From Nitrospira sp. (GTDB lineage: Bacteria; Nitrospirota; Nitrospiria; Nitrospirales; Nitrospiraceae): a stretch of 64,000 bases of DNA. Both the position numbers and the translations under genes were made by a program. Shown one piece after another: positions 18,701 to 27,220 of the stretch. The notes below the pieces were generated by a model. The model was not told the DNA's origin, did not search any database, and saw nothing but the letters and a program-made list of their open reading frames with translations. The stretch is taken from assembly GCA_047150005.1 (NCBI GenBank), contig AP038806.1:3456001-3520000 (forward strand), in the 5' to 3' direction. Every line of letters starts with the position of its first letter. Within the stretch, counting starts at the first letter, position 1.

Positions 18701-21011
18701 TTCCGTAGAGGATCGCCAAGGTCGCCCCTCCGAAGATCGCGCCGATTACGGCCCCGTATGCGGCCGTCTCGGTGCCGAGCGACGGCAAGAATTGACTGAA
18801 CGTGAAGTGTGGCTGAGAGGCGTGGACGCCGGCTCCGATCAGCCACCCGATGAACGCGCCTCCGAACATCGGCATCTGGAACATCGACACGCGCCGCATC
18901 TCGGGCCGCGGATCGGCGGCGGCGGGGTTGGGATCGAACGGCGCGGGAGACGGGCGCTCCGTCCGCTGCCACGGGGTAAACGCGTTCCTGATATCGTCGA
19001 GCGCCGGCGCAAGATCCGGATGGTGACGAAGAAGCACGCTCTTGAAGGTGTTGTGCTCGATCCAATCCAGTCCGATCTGGGTGTAGACATCCGCGTTGAA
19101 ATCCGTGGTAATGAACCGATCGCTCTTGAGCCGACGGGGGGCCATCAACACGAATATCCGAAAGGCTGTGTCGCTGAATCCAAATCCCTTCGGGACTACT
19201 TCCGCATGGAGTCCGACCATCAGGTCGAGATCCTCCTTATCGGGATACGACTTCTTGAGCTGCCTGGCCCAGGCTTTCCGTTCCTTGATCTGGCGATTGG
19301 AGAGTCCGCTGAACCACGTAATGAGCGGGACTCCGACGAGCTGATTGTACGAGACGCAAGGAGCCATCATGAGCATCCGGCGGAAGTTGTTGTATCGGGG
19401 AACGGCGCGTTCGCGGTCGCGCATGATATCAATCGTCCCCAGATCGAGCGGCTCGCCCTGCGGAAAGGTGTGGTCTTCGTCTTTCATCCTCCTAAAGTGC
19501 TGCAATGCACGCGGGAAGTTATTCAGAGTGACCGCGCCGGGATGGGCGACACCGAACGAATACAGGAGATTGTTCACGCCGGCTCGTTCCACGAAATCTC
19601 GCGCATGGTCCCCCTGCAGGTCGTTAAAACTGCATCCCACGGCCAGTTCATCCGTTTGCAGGTCGTAGACGCGATACTCGTCGGGGATCAACGGGTGCAT
19701 CCGATACACGGAGACGAACTCCTCCGTCATATAGAAAGGGGACGCATGATGATCTTGCTCAGACGCCGGAATGCCGCTCACCTCTTCTTGCAGATCGCGT
19801 AAGACACGTAAGCGTCCGATGATTTTCGTGAATCGTTGCGTGAGGATGCCCCACCAGTTGGCCCGCATGCCTTGGTACAGCGTGGGATGGCCCAAAATGG
19901 CCGGCGTCCACTCCACGGTGTGAATCTTGGCGATCAAGGCCGCATTGATCAGGCGCGCCGTCTGAAACAGACGCTCTTCCGGCCAATGAGGGTATCCCTC
20001 TTTGAGACGGTCGCAGATGGCGTTGTGTTCCAGCGCAAAGAGCGTATGGAGCAGGTTCAGCCCGGCCCACCAGTTGTCGTTAAATCCGGTGAGATCGACC
20101 CCGGCGCGCGCGGGATCGGCGGGCAGTCGCCCCGCTACGGTGAAGAGTTTCCCGCTACCGTCGTTCTGCCGCAGTTCGCTCTGCTTTTGCTGACTGCTTC
20201 CATACAGCTGCGACGCGTCCCACCAGTGCGTTTCGGTGTTGCGGTACACGGGAAGATCGGCCAGCCCTTCAAACCGTTTCCCGGGACCGAAGTCAGGGCT
20301 CTGGCGGTCAATCGTGTCATCCGGCAACGTCGCGCGAATCTGCATGGTGCACTCGCCATCATTTCTGCCTGGCCAGTCATCCTGTGGATCCAATTCAACG
20401 GGAGGTAGTTCATTCCCCTGCTCCGGCGGCGGCTGCTGCCCCGGCGGCAGGGGAGGACGCCTGCGGTGATTGAACCAATCGTGAACCTGAAACTGAATCC
20501 AGGCAGCCGCAAGGAGGTTCAGCGAGGATGCGGCCCTGAAACGATCGCGCGTCAACAATGTCCGGCTGATGGTACGGGGATTCGGCGACAGGAGATGGGA
20601 ACGGTTGCCGGTGGCTTGCTCCCGGAACAGCTCGCTCAATCGCTTCAGCGGAAAATTCCTGGCAAAGCGGGTTTCGGCGCTGCCCATGCGCGGATCTTGG
20701 AGATCGTTGAACGTGCCGTCTGCAGTCCGGGCCGTCCGATACAGAGGGTTCCAGCGCTCTGTGCGAGGATCGGAAGGAGGAGGTTGGGTCGGCAGCAAGG
20801 ACGTATCGTAGAGATTGCGCCTGCGCATGATGAAGCGGTACATGGCAAGATTCCAAATGCCGATGTGTCGCCAGAGGTGATGCCAGGAAATGAGCAGGTT
20901 GAGTAGGAGGAAGAATGAAGCCAGAACCCAGAACAGCATGGCGGCTGCAAGGCCGAATCCTCCGAAAAATATCTTGCGCAGCAGGTCCCAGAGGAAAAAT
21001 GGTCTGGTCAT
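15735..21011 (-). CDS. Fusion protein: alpha-dioxygenase-type haem peroxidase + Gly-rich multi-TM repeat region + C-terminal lipoxygenase
   Basis: DOX motifs WIQFQVHDWFNH, THWWDASQLYG, AKIHTVEW, EEFVSVYRMH, RDRER..PRYN, MAPRRLKSDRF. LOX motifs W.LAK, H..RHFNWVH, HPVCRLLWPH, QHESVG. One uninterrupted frame (ATG 21011; TTG 21050 possible). Confidence 0.9.
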   Translation of the reverse strand: MTRPFFLWDLLRKIFFGGFGLAAAMLFWVLASFFLLLNLLISWHHLWRHIGIWNLAMYRFIMRRRNLYDTSLLPTQPPPSDPRTERWNPLYRTARTADGTFNDLQDPRMGSAETRFARNFPLKRLSELFREQATGNRSHLLSPNPRTISRTLLTRDRFRAASSLNLLAAAWIQFQVHDWFNHRRRPPLPPGQQPPPEQGNELPPVELDPQDDWPGRNDGECTMQIRATLPDDTIDRQSPDFGPGKRFEGLADLPVYRNTETHWWDASQLYGSSQQKQSELRQNDGSGKLFTVAGRLPADPARAGVDLTGFNDNWWAGLNLLHTLFALEHNAICDRLKEGYPHWPEERLFQTARLINAALIAKIHTVEWTPAILGHPTLYQGMRANWWGILTQRFTKIIGRLRVLRDLQEEVSGIPASEQDHHASPFYMTEEFVSVYRMHPLIPDEYRVYDLQTDELAVGCSFNDLQGDHARDFVERAGVNNLLYSFGVAHPGAVTLNNFPRALQHFRRMKDEDHTFPQGEPLDLGTIDIMRDRERAVPRYNNFRRMLMMAPCVSYNQLVGVPLITWFSGLSNRQIKERKAWARQLKKSYPDKEDLDLMVGLHAEVVPKGFGFSDTAFRIFVLMAPRRLKSDRFITTDFNADVYTQIGLDWIEHNTFKSVLLRHHPDLAPALDDIRNAFTPWQRTERPSPAPFDPNPAAADPRPEMRRVSMFQMPMFGGAFIGWLIGAGVHASQPHFTFSQFLPSLGTETAAYGAVIGAIFGGATLAILYGTSFLATRVLTLREQMQTAAGIGATIGWVMGARYHVWNHGLFLSGLWDVAVTLGHALLTRTALIGALCGAAAGLIREQSPWRVRTGTLVGWILGGAWYLWDEEVSFSGLKDLTILFHGLGEREALIGAFCGAAIAVIYAGRKPLRGIFAEGGIRRFISRTLYGLLFGTLFGAIIGTVIGVIVGLVEDLWQVLSTALMLFASLAVVIAVTALRDALVRTGPSRRRDSLVAALGTLATVGLVWGILEWAGGSASFLTAALATLDVMSFHVAAGAAIGAAAGLSLLMMGWVAVAAAGGWLLGGLLHLIFHHQWHLPEALASSTASAGAVLGTVLGFSVTWVLVRDRTWMVVWGLRGALVGFALGVGKFLLDKAREEDFHSFVWLALTSPPAWWGALLSALFIGSVWMVRPAEVTWSLRGRFWRFVGWFKFAGNRPVNLPPPRRRWWWKQVVWLKFWAEARATNAHLHGRRLEHFWKCLTDRLDRRLRQSKAAWRLDDISVVPFNERFPTIPITNIRVSGNIPADERERKKAFFSDIQVRLYSIFSPMQDDNPLPAVSSNPAEAFRTAYSFLQRRAFDPPDLPPEYEGSPDLGSLAIKGPYACYTERVPAAEHRPGLREYQWDFRDLALPENLYHQGLYRLGVRVFFRSSRRQPGRLEATEIENITERTLRSSRPWFDNWDLAKKLALCAATTHLSLVRHFNWVHLASAEPLAIATRNCLPSDHPVCRLLWPHVYGTLQSNYMVTLVQMVEDGDFETIFSFTQEGMCRLFTESYNRFDFLVNDPEEDAKRRGVRQYLEGLKTARIATSQQNFEALFNVIHQHVQRYLDAHYPPHLSIRDDHDMVNWVKALNDLVPCPAGVHHAVGVDHDALTLAAVARLIARFIYLVTVQHESVGTSLWNYQLWTHRQPVRVYTNGRREPLDVYQRLVNANFNLNVTRRALMDDFSYLALDNRGAAAFAQFRRELQNLQQTMEKDPWEVWRIYPDMLEANINA

Positions 21012-21056
21012 GCACGCCTCGGGATGACGGGAGTCGTGCTCCGGCAGCAATCTGTG

Positions 21057-23537
21057 TTAACGAGGCCAACAGGTTTCAACATATTGGAATAATGTCTGCG
21101 CGGCGTTCGGTGAACAGGCCTCAAGCGTGGCTTCCAATTGCTCGTCCATTTCTCGGGCGGACTCCTGGGAGAGTGTCCAGCCGAGTGGAAGGTTGGCCGA
21201 GGCGGCTCGGAGCCTGAACCGGATGAATCTTGCCTTTGGCCCGACCCGCTCATGCTGCGTCTGGCGCTCCACGTGCAGGGCTGTGTGGCGGCCACGCGCC
21301 TGTTGCGATCTATACATCGTGATGAAGGGCGTCACGACCTCGTCCAGATAGGTCCGACCCGGCTGCATCACATCCACCACGGTATCGACACGATCAAGCC
21401 GGAGTGTGTAGTACCGATTGGTCTTGAGCCGGTCCCTCACGGATTTCACGGCGATGAGCGTCGTTTCACTCGGAGACATCGAGGGGGTGGGCGGACAACT
21501 CCTGTGAACATCATGCAGCCGGTGAGGGCCTTCTTCCTGAAGCTCGACGCGAATGCATTCCGGAAAGATGGGAGGCACGCGTGTGTCGAGCGGGCCGATA
21601 TATCGGACGCCCACGGTGACCAGTTCAGGCTCATTGCTGATGTGTAGCACAATGGGCATGATGCCTTTGCCGCCGATAGGATCTGAACTCCAGCGATCGA
21701 TCTTCGGTCTGACCTCGCGATACACCTCTTCCAAGGAGGTCATCCCGGAATTCTCGAAATAGCCGCCGTCAACGAGATGAAGTCGCTTGTTCACCGTCCC
21801 GGCCGGACTGACAAACGAGAAACGGGCGCTGTTGTTGACTGCGGTGCTGAGTCGTACGGTCCGCGGATCGGGTGCGGCACGAAGGCCGACGTTACACTCC
21901 GGCTTGTTCAACGCCCTCGTGAGATCAATGACGTCATCGAATATGCCGGTCGCTCGTCCTGTCGAGGTCTCAAGACAGTCATCGTTACGCGGAGAACTGT
22001 CTACCTGAAGGCTGCTTGTGAGAACTCGAATGCCCTGCTCGACCGAGGTCGTATTCAGGATCAGGCCCGGCACATCGGTTTTCCTTTTGCCGAGCCAGAG
22101 GTCTTCGAACGGCTGTTCAAATCGGTTCGATGCGTGCCTTGTGACTTCGTTCCACTGCTGTTCCCAACCGAGCTCGATGCTTCGCCCACGGTCCCAATAC
22201 GGGACCGGCACGAACAGAAAACGTTGCAGGAGATCCGGATAGAGTAACGTACCGAACGTGGAAGCAAGATAATCCTGCCGCAGCATCGTTCGTGCGCATT
22301 CTAAGAACTTCGCTGGAAGGCCGCAGTCGCTCCGGCTGCCTTCGTCGGCAACAAGTGCGGTAAATATCGCAGCGCCCAAGCTTCCCCCCGATACTCCGCT
22401 GATCACGAACACATGTGATCCAAAATCCGGTCGGTCCTGCTCGATTCGAGAGAGCACGGATGCTGTCCAGTACGCCGCTCGAATTCCGCCTCCCTCCGCG
22501 GCAACAAAGAACACCGGGATAGGCCCCGGAATGGTCTTGTCGTCACTCAGGCGGCGCTGCATCCACGCGTCGAAGTGGTCCGCCACGGCCAGTCTGACCG
22601 GTTGCGCCCCGTCGGAAGGGCGGATAGTGCGTATGACGTGATTATCGTTATAGGGGCTGACCACCAACACGTAGAAAAAGAGGACACTCAGGATTGGGAT
22701 TCGGTGCCAAAGGCTCCAATAGATCAGCATCGTGCCGGGTGGAATCCAAGAGGCTGCAGCCAGCAACACGATGAATGCAGGTCCGAGCGCAGGGGCCAAG
22801 CGCAGATTCATCCAGGTGGTTTGGAAGACGATCAAGGGGATCAGAAACAACAGGACGAATGACCAGAGAAGGGCCCTGAATGTGGGAGCGGGCAGATCAT
22901 CCCGGTTTCTGTAGAAATGACCTGCTCGTGGATCTTTGATTCGGGGAATGTGCTTCGGGAGCAGTCGGTTGGCCGACTGAAATCTTCTTCTGAGGCGAGT
23001 AGCCCACACGTGACGCTTCGACACGACAAGCCCGAAGATTGCTGCGCAGATCAGATAGAACCCTCCATTGCCGATGACGAGACTGTCAGCCGTTCTCCCC
23101 TCAAGGGACCACAGAAACCCGACCGCAACCGTCAGGATGGCGGTCACACCAAGGGCACGGGGCAGCACACGGTGGTACCAAAGAATCCAGTCACGCCTTT
23201 GGGGGGCCGCATCGGCGGGGGGCCAGTGTGGAAACTGGAAAGAAACGATGACGCGGGACCAATACCACGACGCCCAAGCCCACGTGAATACACTTAGCAG
23301 AAACCAAGCATTTTGAGTCGCCCATCCGCTCTGGAGAGTTTGCAACCGAATCAGGAGTTCCTGGCCTTGCGCACTCCAGTTCAAGAGCACACCCGCCAAG
23401 ACAATGGTGAGGACCGAGAACCGGCAGAGTTTGAGCACCTGCCAGAGATCGAGGAGGGGCTCAAGGAACCGTGCGATGACGGCGGCGACGCCGTCCAAGA
23501 AGCTTCTGCAGCTCGTTTGCGTGCTCTCAGGACTCAA
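21057..23537 (-). CDS. Membrane-bound patatin-like phospholipase/lipase
   Basis: GGGIR oxyanion motif, GVSGG nucleophile and DGG motif; about 7 N-terminal TM segments. Start uncertain (TTG). Confidence 0.88.
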   Translation of the reverse strand: MSPESTQTSCRSFLDGVAAVIARFLEPLLDLWQVLKLCRFSVLTIVLAGVLLNWSAQGQELLIRLQTLQSGWATQNAWFLLSVFTWAWASWYWSRVIVSFQFPHWPPADAAPQRRDWILWYHRVLPRALGVTAILTVAVGFLWSLEGRTADSLVIGNGGFYLICAAIFGLVVSKRHVWATRLRRRFQSANRLLPKHIPRIKDPRAGHFYRNRDDLPAPTFRALLWSFVLLFLIPLIVFQTTWMNLRLAPALGPAFIVLLAAASWIPPGTMLIYWSLWHRIPILSVLFFYVLVVSPYNDNHVIRTIRPSDGAQPVRLAVADHFDAWMQRRLSDDKTIPGPIPVFFVAAEGGGIRAAYWTASVLSRIEQDRPDFGSHVFVISGVSGGSLGAAIFTALVADEGSRSDCGLPAKFLECARTMLRQDYLASTFGTLLYPDLLQRFLFVPVPYWDRGRSIELGWEQQWNEVTRHASNRFEQPFEDLWLGKRKTDVPGLILNTTSVEQGIRVLTSSLQVDSSPRNDDCLETSTGRATGIFDDVIDLTRALNKPECNVGLRAAPDPRTVRLSTAVNNSARFSFVSPAGTVNKRLHLVDGGYFENSGMTSLEEVYREVRPKIDRWSSDPIGGKGIMPIVLHISNEPELVTVGVRYIGPLDTRVPPIFPECIRVELQEEGPHRLHDVHRSCPPTPSMSPSETTLIAVKSVRDRLKTNRYYTLRLDRVDTVVDVMQPGRTYLDEVVTPFITMYRSQQARGRHTALHVERQTQHERVGPKARFIRFRLRAASANLPLGWTLSQESAREMDEQLEATLEACSPNAAQTLFQYVETCWPR

Positions 23538-23598
23538 CGGTCATGACTCCCAATCCCGCCGCACACTACCGATTCCCGTGAGAGGCAACACGATCGGA

Positions 23599-25092
23599 TT
23601 AGAAATTGAGGCGAAGGTTAATGGAACCGATGTGTAAGAGCGTCTGATAATCTCCATTGACGGTCGGATTGATATTGCCCGTGATCGTCCGGGTTTCGTA
23701 TATTTGCGCCTGATACGCCAGATCCAGTCCGATCGCCCCTCTGCCTTCCCTGCCCATCGAACCGCAGGGAATCACCCCGAGAAACGATGCGTGCTCTTTG
23801 CAAAGAAGCCCGAGACCGACCGTGATTCCGTTGAAATTCGAGTCAGGAACGGTAGGATTAAAGGTCGCGTCGGGGACCGGAGTTTGTGAGCGGATATATC
23901 CCCCACGCGCCGCCACTTCCCAATTCGGCAACCGTTCAACTTGAAGCCACCGGTATTCCGTACCGATCATGACCACTACGCTGTTTTGCCAATTTTGCGG
24001 GAAGGGGAGGGTCGCCCCATTGGACAGGTTGACATTAAAGTTACGGAAGGATTGCCACCCGACATAGTCGAGATCCAATTCGAGTTTCCATTCACGCTCG
24101 CGGTTGCGAACCGGCCAGATCCCGATGCCCGCCGAGAAGATCTGAGGCAACACCGCGGTCGCTGAGGTATTCGCCGCGGTGCCTCCATTGACGAGAAATT
24201 GGCCGTTGATGGGAAGGACGGCTTGACTTCTGTACACGAGCCCAACATTCACCAACGGCTTGCCGTCTTCGTTGCGGAACGGCGTGTACATCATGCTGAC
24301 ATTGAATCCTGCTCCCGTGCCGTTGCCGTTAACCTCTAGGGGAGTGAGAGGAGGAATCCCGGGAATGCCAGGCGGGCTATTGAATTTTTGCTCGAAATGG
24401 CCGTTTCCGAGAAAGCTCGCAAACGTATAGATGTCGGCTCCGAGCCCGAAAGACAGCTGCTCGTTCAGCTTGAAGGCAATGGTCGGTTTGATGTCCATCA
24501 GAGGCAACGCCGCGCTTGTCACGGCAGTCGAGAACGGTCCGTCATTGGGGTATCGAATCTTGAGCCCGAACGGTGAGTTCACTCCGATACCGACTACGGT
24601 GTCGCCGAGCGCCTTCAGTCCCAGGTCTTTGAGGTTGGCCGTGAGGTACAAATTGCTGGGTGGCGGCATCGCGACGCTCCCCCCAAGATCTCCGCGGACG
24701 TTAAGGCCGGTCGGACTCGTGTAGCTGACGGAACCCCCTACGAGATTGGTGCCCAGGTACACTTGAATGCCGTGAAGTTGTGTCATGCCGGCCGGATTGT
24801 AATGAATGGCCGAAGGGTCGTCGGCTTGAGCAATAAACGCGTTGGCCTGACCTTCGGCGGCGGCGCCCTGTGGCATGATGCGAAAGGCTTCGGCTTGCAC
24901 CCAGCCAGGGACAACTGCATTCCCGGCGAGAACGCAGAGCATCGTCGCACAGACCCTAGTCCCGATTCGGTGGGCCGCTCGACTCTCTGCCTTCTCGGTT
25001 CTGCTCACTCCTGGATGCATAACGGGCCTCCCTAGCGGGACATATTCCTGCACAGTCTGTTTCCGCCTCACGAATACTGCTGGGTTACACAT
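23599..25092 (-). CDS. FadL/OmpP1/TodX-family outer-membrane channel for hydrophobic compounds
   Basis: Hatch motif AQADDPSAIHYNPAGM; beta-strand pattern; C-terminal Phe. True start may be downstream (ATG 25020 or later). Confidence 0.92.
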   Translation of the reverse strand: MCNPAVFVRRKQTVQEYVPLGRPVMHPGVSRTEKAESRAAHRIGTRVCATMLCVLAGNAVVPGWVQAEAFRIMPQGAAAEGQANAFIAQADDPSAIHYNPAGMTQLHGIQVYLGTNLVGGSVSYTSPTGLNVRGDLGGSVAMPPPSNLYLTANLKDLGLKALGDTVVGIGVNSPFGLKIRYPNDGPFSTAVTSAALPLMDIKPTIAFKLNEQLSFGLGADIYTFASFLGNGHFEQKFNSPPGIPGIPPLTPLEVNGNGTGAGFNVSMMYTPFRNEDGKPLVNVGLVYRSQAVLPINGQFLVNGGTAANTSATAVLPQIFSAGIGIWPVRNREREWKLELDLDYVGWQSFRNFNVNLSNGATLPFPQNWQNSVVVMIGTEYRWLQVERLPNWEVAARGGYIRSQTPVPDATFNPTVPDSNFNGITVGLGLLCKEHASFLGVIPCGSMGREGRGAIGLDLAYQAQIYETRTITGNINPTVNGDYQTLLHIGSINLRLNF

Positions 25093-25148
25093 TCGGCATA
25101 GGGAGCAGAATCAGCATTGGAATCATGATGCGAGGAGAGAACTCGTAG

Positions 25149-25164
25149 AGCAATCCACACGCCA
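25149..25164 (-). promoter_or_regulatory. sigma54 promoter upstream of the fadL-led operon
   Basis: TGGCGT-GTGGA-TTGCT with exact GG-N10-GC spacing. Confidence 0.65.
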
Positions 25165-25344
25165 TATGCCAATCAGGCTTGGGCAATTTCCTCAAACCCT
25201 TGTCCTTGATTGAATTCCAGGTGGATTGTTGCACGAGGGAATAGCCTGATCTAGGCTCGACAGAATCCTTTTAGATTCATCAAGGATCGAAATGGATGCT
25301 ATTTCGTGGTTGGGATTTGGGGGCTCTTCCTTTACACTTCCGTC

Positions 25345-25926
25345 ATGCGGTTAATACTTCCATCCTCCTGCGAACCGGCCTTGCTCGAACGGTTTCTCAA
25401 AGCCGAAGCCATGGCGCTCTGGTCCGTGCGCGCGGCGCAGGTGAGGGATGTTCCTCCCGGTGTCTTGGCGTTCCTCCGCCGGCATGAGGAAGAGGAAGCG
25501 GAGCATCTTCGCGAATTCGAGGCCAGGCTCGGGGTGATCTCACACAGGCGGGAGAAGCTCCCGCGCGTTCCCAGCCAATGGTGGGCGTTGGTCATTCACC
25601 TCTACGGCTACGAGACGCTCGGACTGGAGTTTGCGAAGCTCCTGGTGCAGGTACAGCCGGATCTGCAGTCGATCCTCGAGGATGAACTGGTTCACGTCGA
25701 ATTCTTCGAGGAGGAAGTGCGGAAGGTGTTGGCTCAAGGAGGGCGAGGTGCCGTGGAGGCCGGGAAATCCGCGCAGGCTTGGTGGCGGAGATTGCCGCCC
25801 ACCGTCGATCGGTATCTCGAAGGGGAGCAACTGGCTCCCTATCGGGCTGACCTCAAACGGTTGATTCTGGAATCGATCGAAGAGCGGTTTGCGAACGTCG
25901 GGCTATTCAATAGAGTACTGAAATAA
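25345..25926 (+). CDS. Ferritin-like di-iron protein
   Basis: E...ExxH pattern twice (KAE...EEAEH; YE...DELVH). Confidence 0.7.
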   Translation: MRLILPSSCEPALLERFLKAEAMALWSVRAAQVRDVPPGVLAFLRRHEEEEAEHLREFEARLGVISHRREKLPRVPSQWWALVIHLYGYETLGLEFAKLLVQVQPDLQSILEDELVHVEFFEEEVRKVLAQGGRGAVEAGKSAQAWWRRLPPTVDRYLEGEQLAPYRADLKRLILESIEERFANVGLFNRVLK

Positions 25927-25937
25927 GGAGCGACGGC

Positions 25938-26474
25938 ATGCATTGCATTTTGTTTCGTCACGGCATCGCGATTGATCGGGAGGAATGGGAAGGACCGGAT
26001 GAGGATCGTCCCTTGACGGATCGAGGAGCGAAGCGGGTGGCTCAGGTGGCGGAGGGGTTCAGATGGCTCGAGCTGCAGCCGACGCATGTGATCTCCAGCC
26101 CGCTGCTGCGCGCTATCGAGACGGCGAAGATTCTCCAGGATGCCCATCGAGTCCGGTCCGCCGTGCAGATCGCCGATGAGTTGCTGCCGGATGCTTCTCC
26201 AGATCTTCTGCTGACCAGGCTGTCTGAGCTGCCGCCGGAATCCTGCGTGTTCTGCGTCGGTCATGAACCCCATCTGGGGCTGGCGGCGTCGCTGATGCTG
26301 GCCGGCAAGCCGTTGATGGGATTTCCGTTCAAGAAGGCCGGCGCCTGTCTCATTGAGATCGCGATGCCGCTCAAGTCGGGCCGGGGCATCCTGCGCTGGT
26401 GGATGGAGCCGAGCCACCTGCGCGGGCTCGGCAGAAAGAAGCGCAAAGGCGACAAACTACCGCTGAAGACTTAA
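25938..26474 (+). CDS. sixA: Phosphohistidine phosphatase SixA
   Basis: RHG, RPLT, SSPLLRAIETA and VGHEP motifs. Confidence 0.9.
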   Translation: MHCILFRHGIAIDREEWEGPDEDRPLTDRGAKRVAQVAEGFRWLELQPTHVISSPLLRAIETAKILQDAHRVRSAVQIADELLPDASPDLLLTRLSELPPESCVFCVGHEPHLGLAASLMLAGKPLMGFPFKKAGACLIEIAMPLKSGRGILRWWMEPSHLRGLGRKKRKGDKLPLKT

Positions 26475-27220
26475 GACTTGGGCAGCGCAGGTTCTTCCAT
26501 GATCGGAGCGGGCGTCGTGGTGCGGGCCAGGCCTCCCTGCGTCAACAGCTGCTGAATCTTGCTTCGTAACTCGTCCTGAATCTCCTCCGGCGACTTTCTG
26601 GCATCCACCACTTCGAACTTGAACTCCTCCGCCATCTTGTCGAATTCTTCGATGAGCAACGATTGGTATTTCTTGAAGCTGTCGTAGAGGTCGGCGCCCA
26701 GTCTGAGATCCATGCCGGATTCCCAGTAGTTCATCGCCTTGGTCTCGATCACACGCAAGACCAATGTCTCCACATCGATGCGGAGATAACAGACGAGGTC
26801 CGGGACGAGCGCGAAGCCGAAGACGTCCCGGATCCACTTGCGGTCGTTGCTGCGGACGAAGTCGCGCGCGAAGGCCGTAAAGATATAGCGGTCCGCCAGG
26901 ACGATGAAGCCGGATCGGAGCGCCGGAATGATCTGGTGCTCCAGCCGATCGGCGAAGTCGGTCGCATAGAGCAGGCTCAGCGACCAGCGATCGATGATGT
27001 TGCCTTCCTTGGCGACCTCGATCGTCTTGGACATGAGGTTCGACCTGGTCCAGCCGGTGGTGATGACCCCATAGCCCTGCACTTCGAGCCATTCCTGCAA
27101 CATCTCGATGTGCGTGGAGCGGCCAACCCCGTCCGTGCCCTCGATGGCGATCAGTTTGCCTTTGAGGTCACTCGGATTTAGGTACGTCAAACCGTCGCCA
27201 AAATAGTGAGCGTCGACCAT
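26471..27220 (-). CDS. Thymidylate-kinase-like protein with variant P-loop
   Basis: IEGTDGVGRST (Lys to Arg); LADRY motif. Confidence 0.85.
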   Translation of the reverse strand: MVDAHYFGDGLTYLNPSDLKGKLIAIEGTDGVGRSTHIEMLQEWLEVQGYGVITTGWTRSNLMSKTIEVAKEGNIIDRWSLSLLYATDFADRLEHQIIPALRSGFIVLADRYIFTAFARDFVRSNDRKWIRDVFGFALVPDLVCYLRIDVETLVLRVIETKAMNYWESGMDLRLGADLYDSFKKYQSLLIEEFDKMAEEFKFEVVDARKSPEEIQDELRSKIQQLLTQGGLARTTTPAPIMEEPALPKS

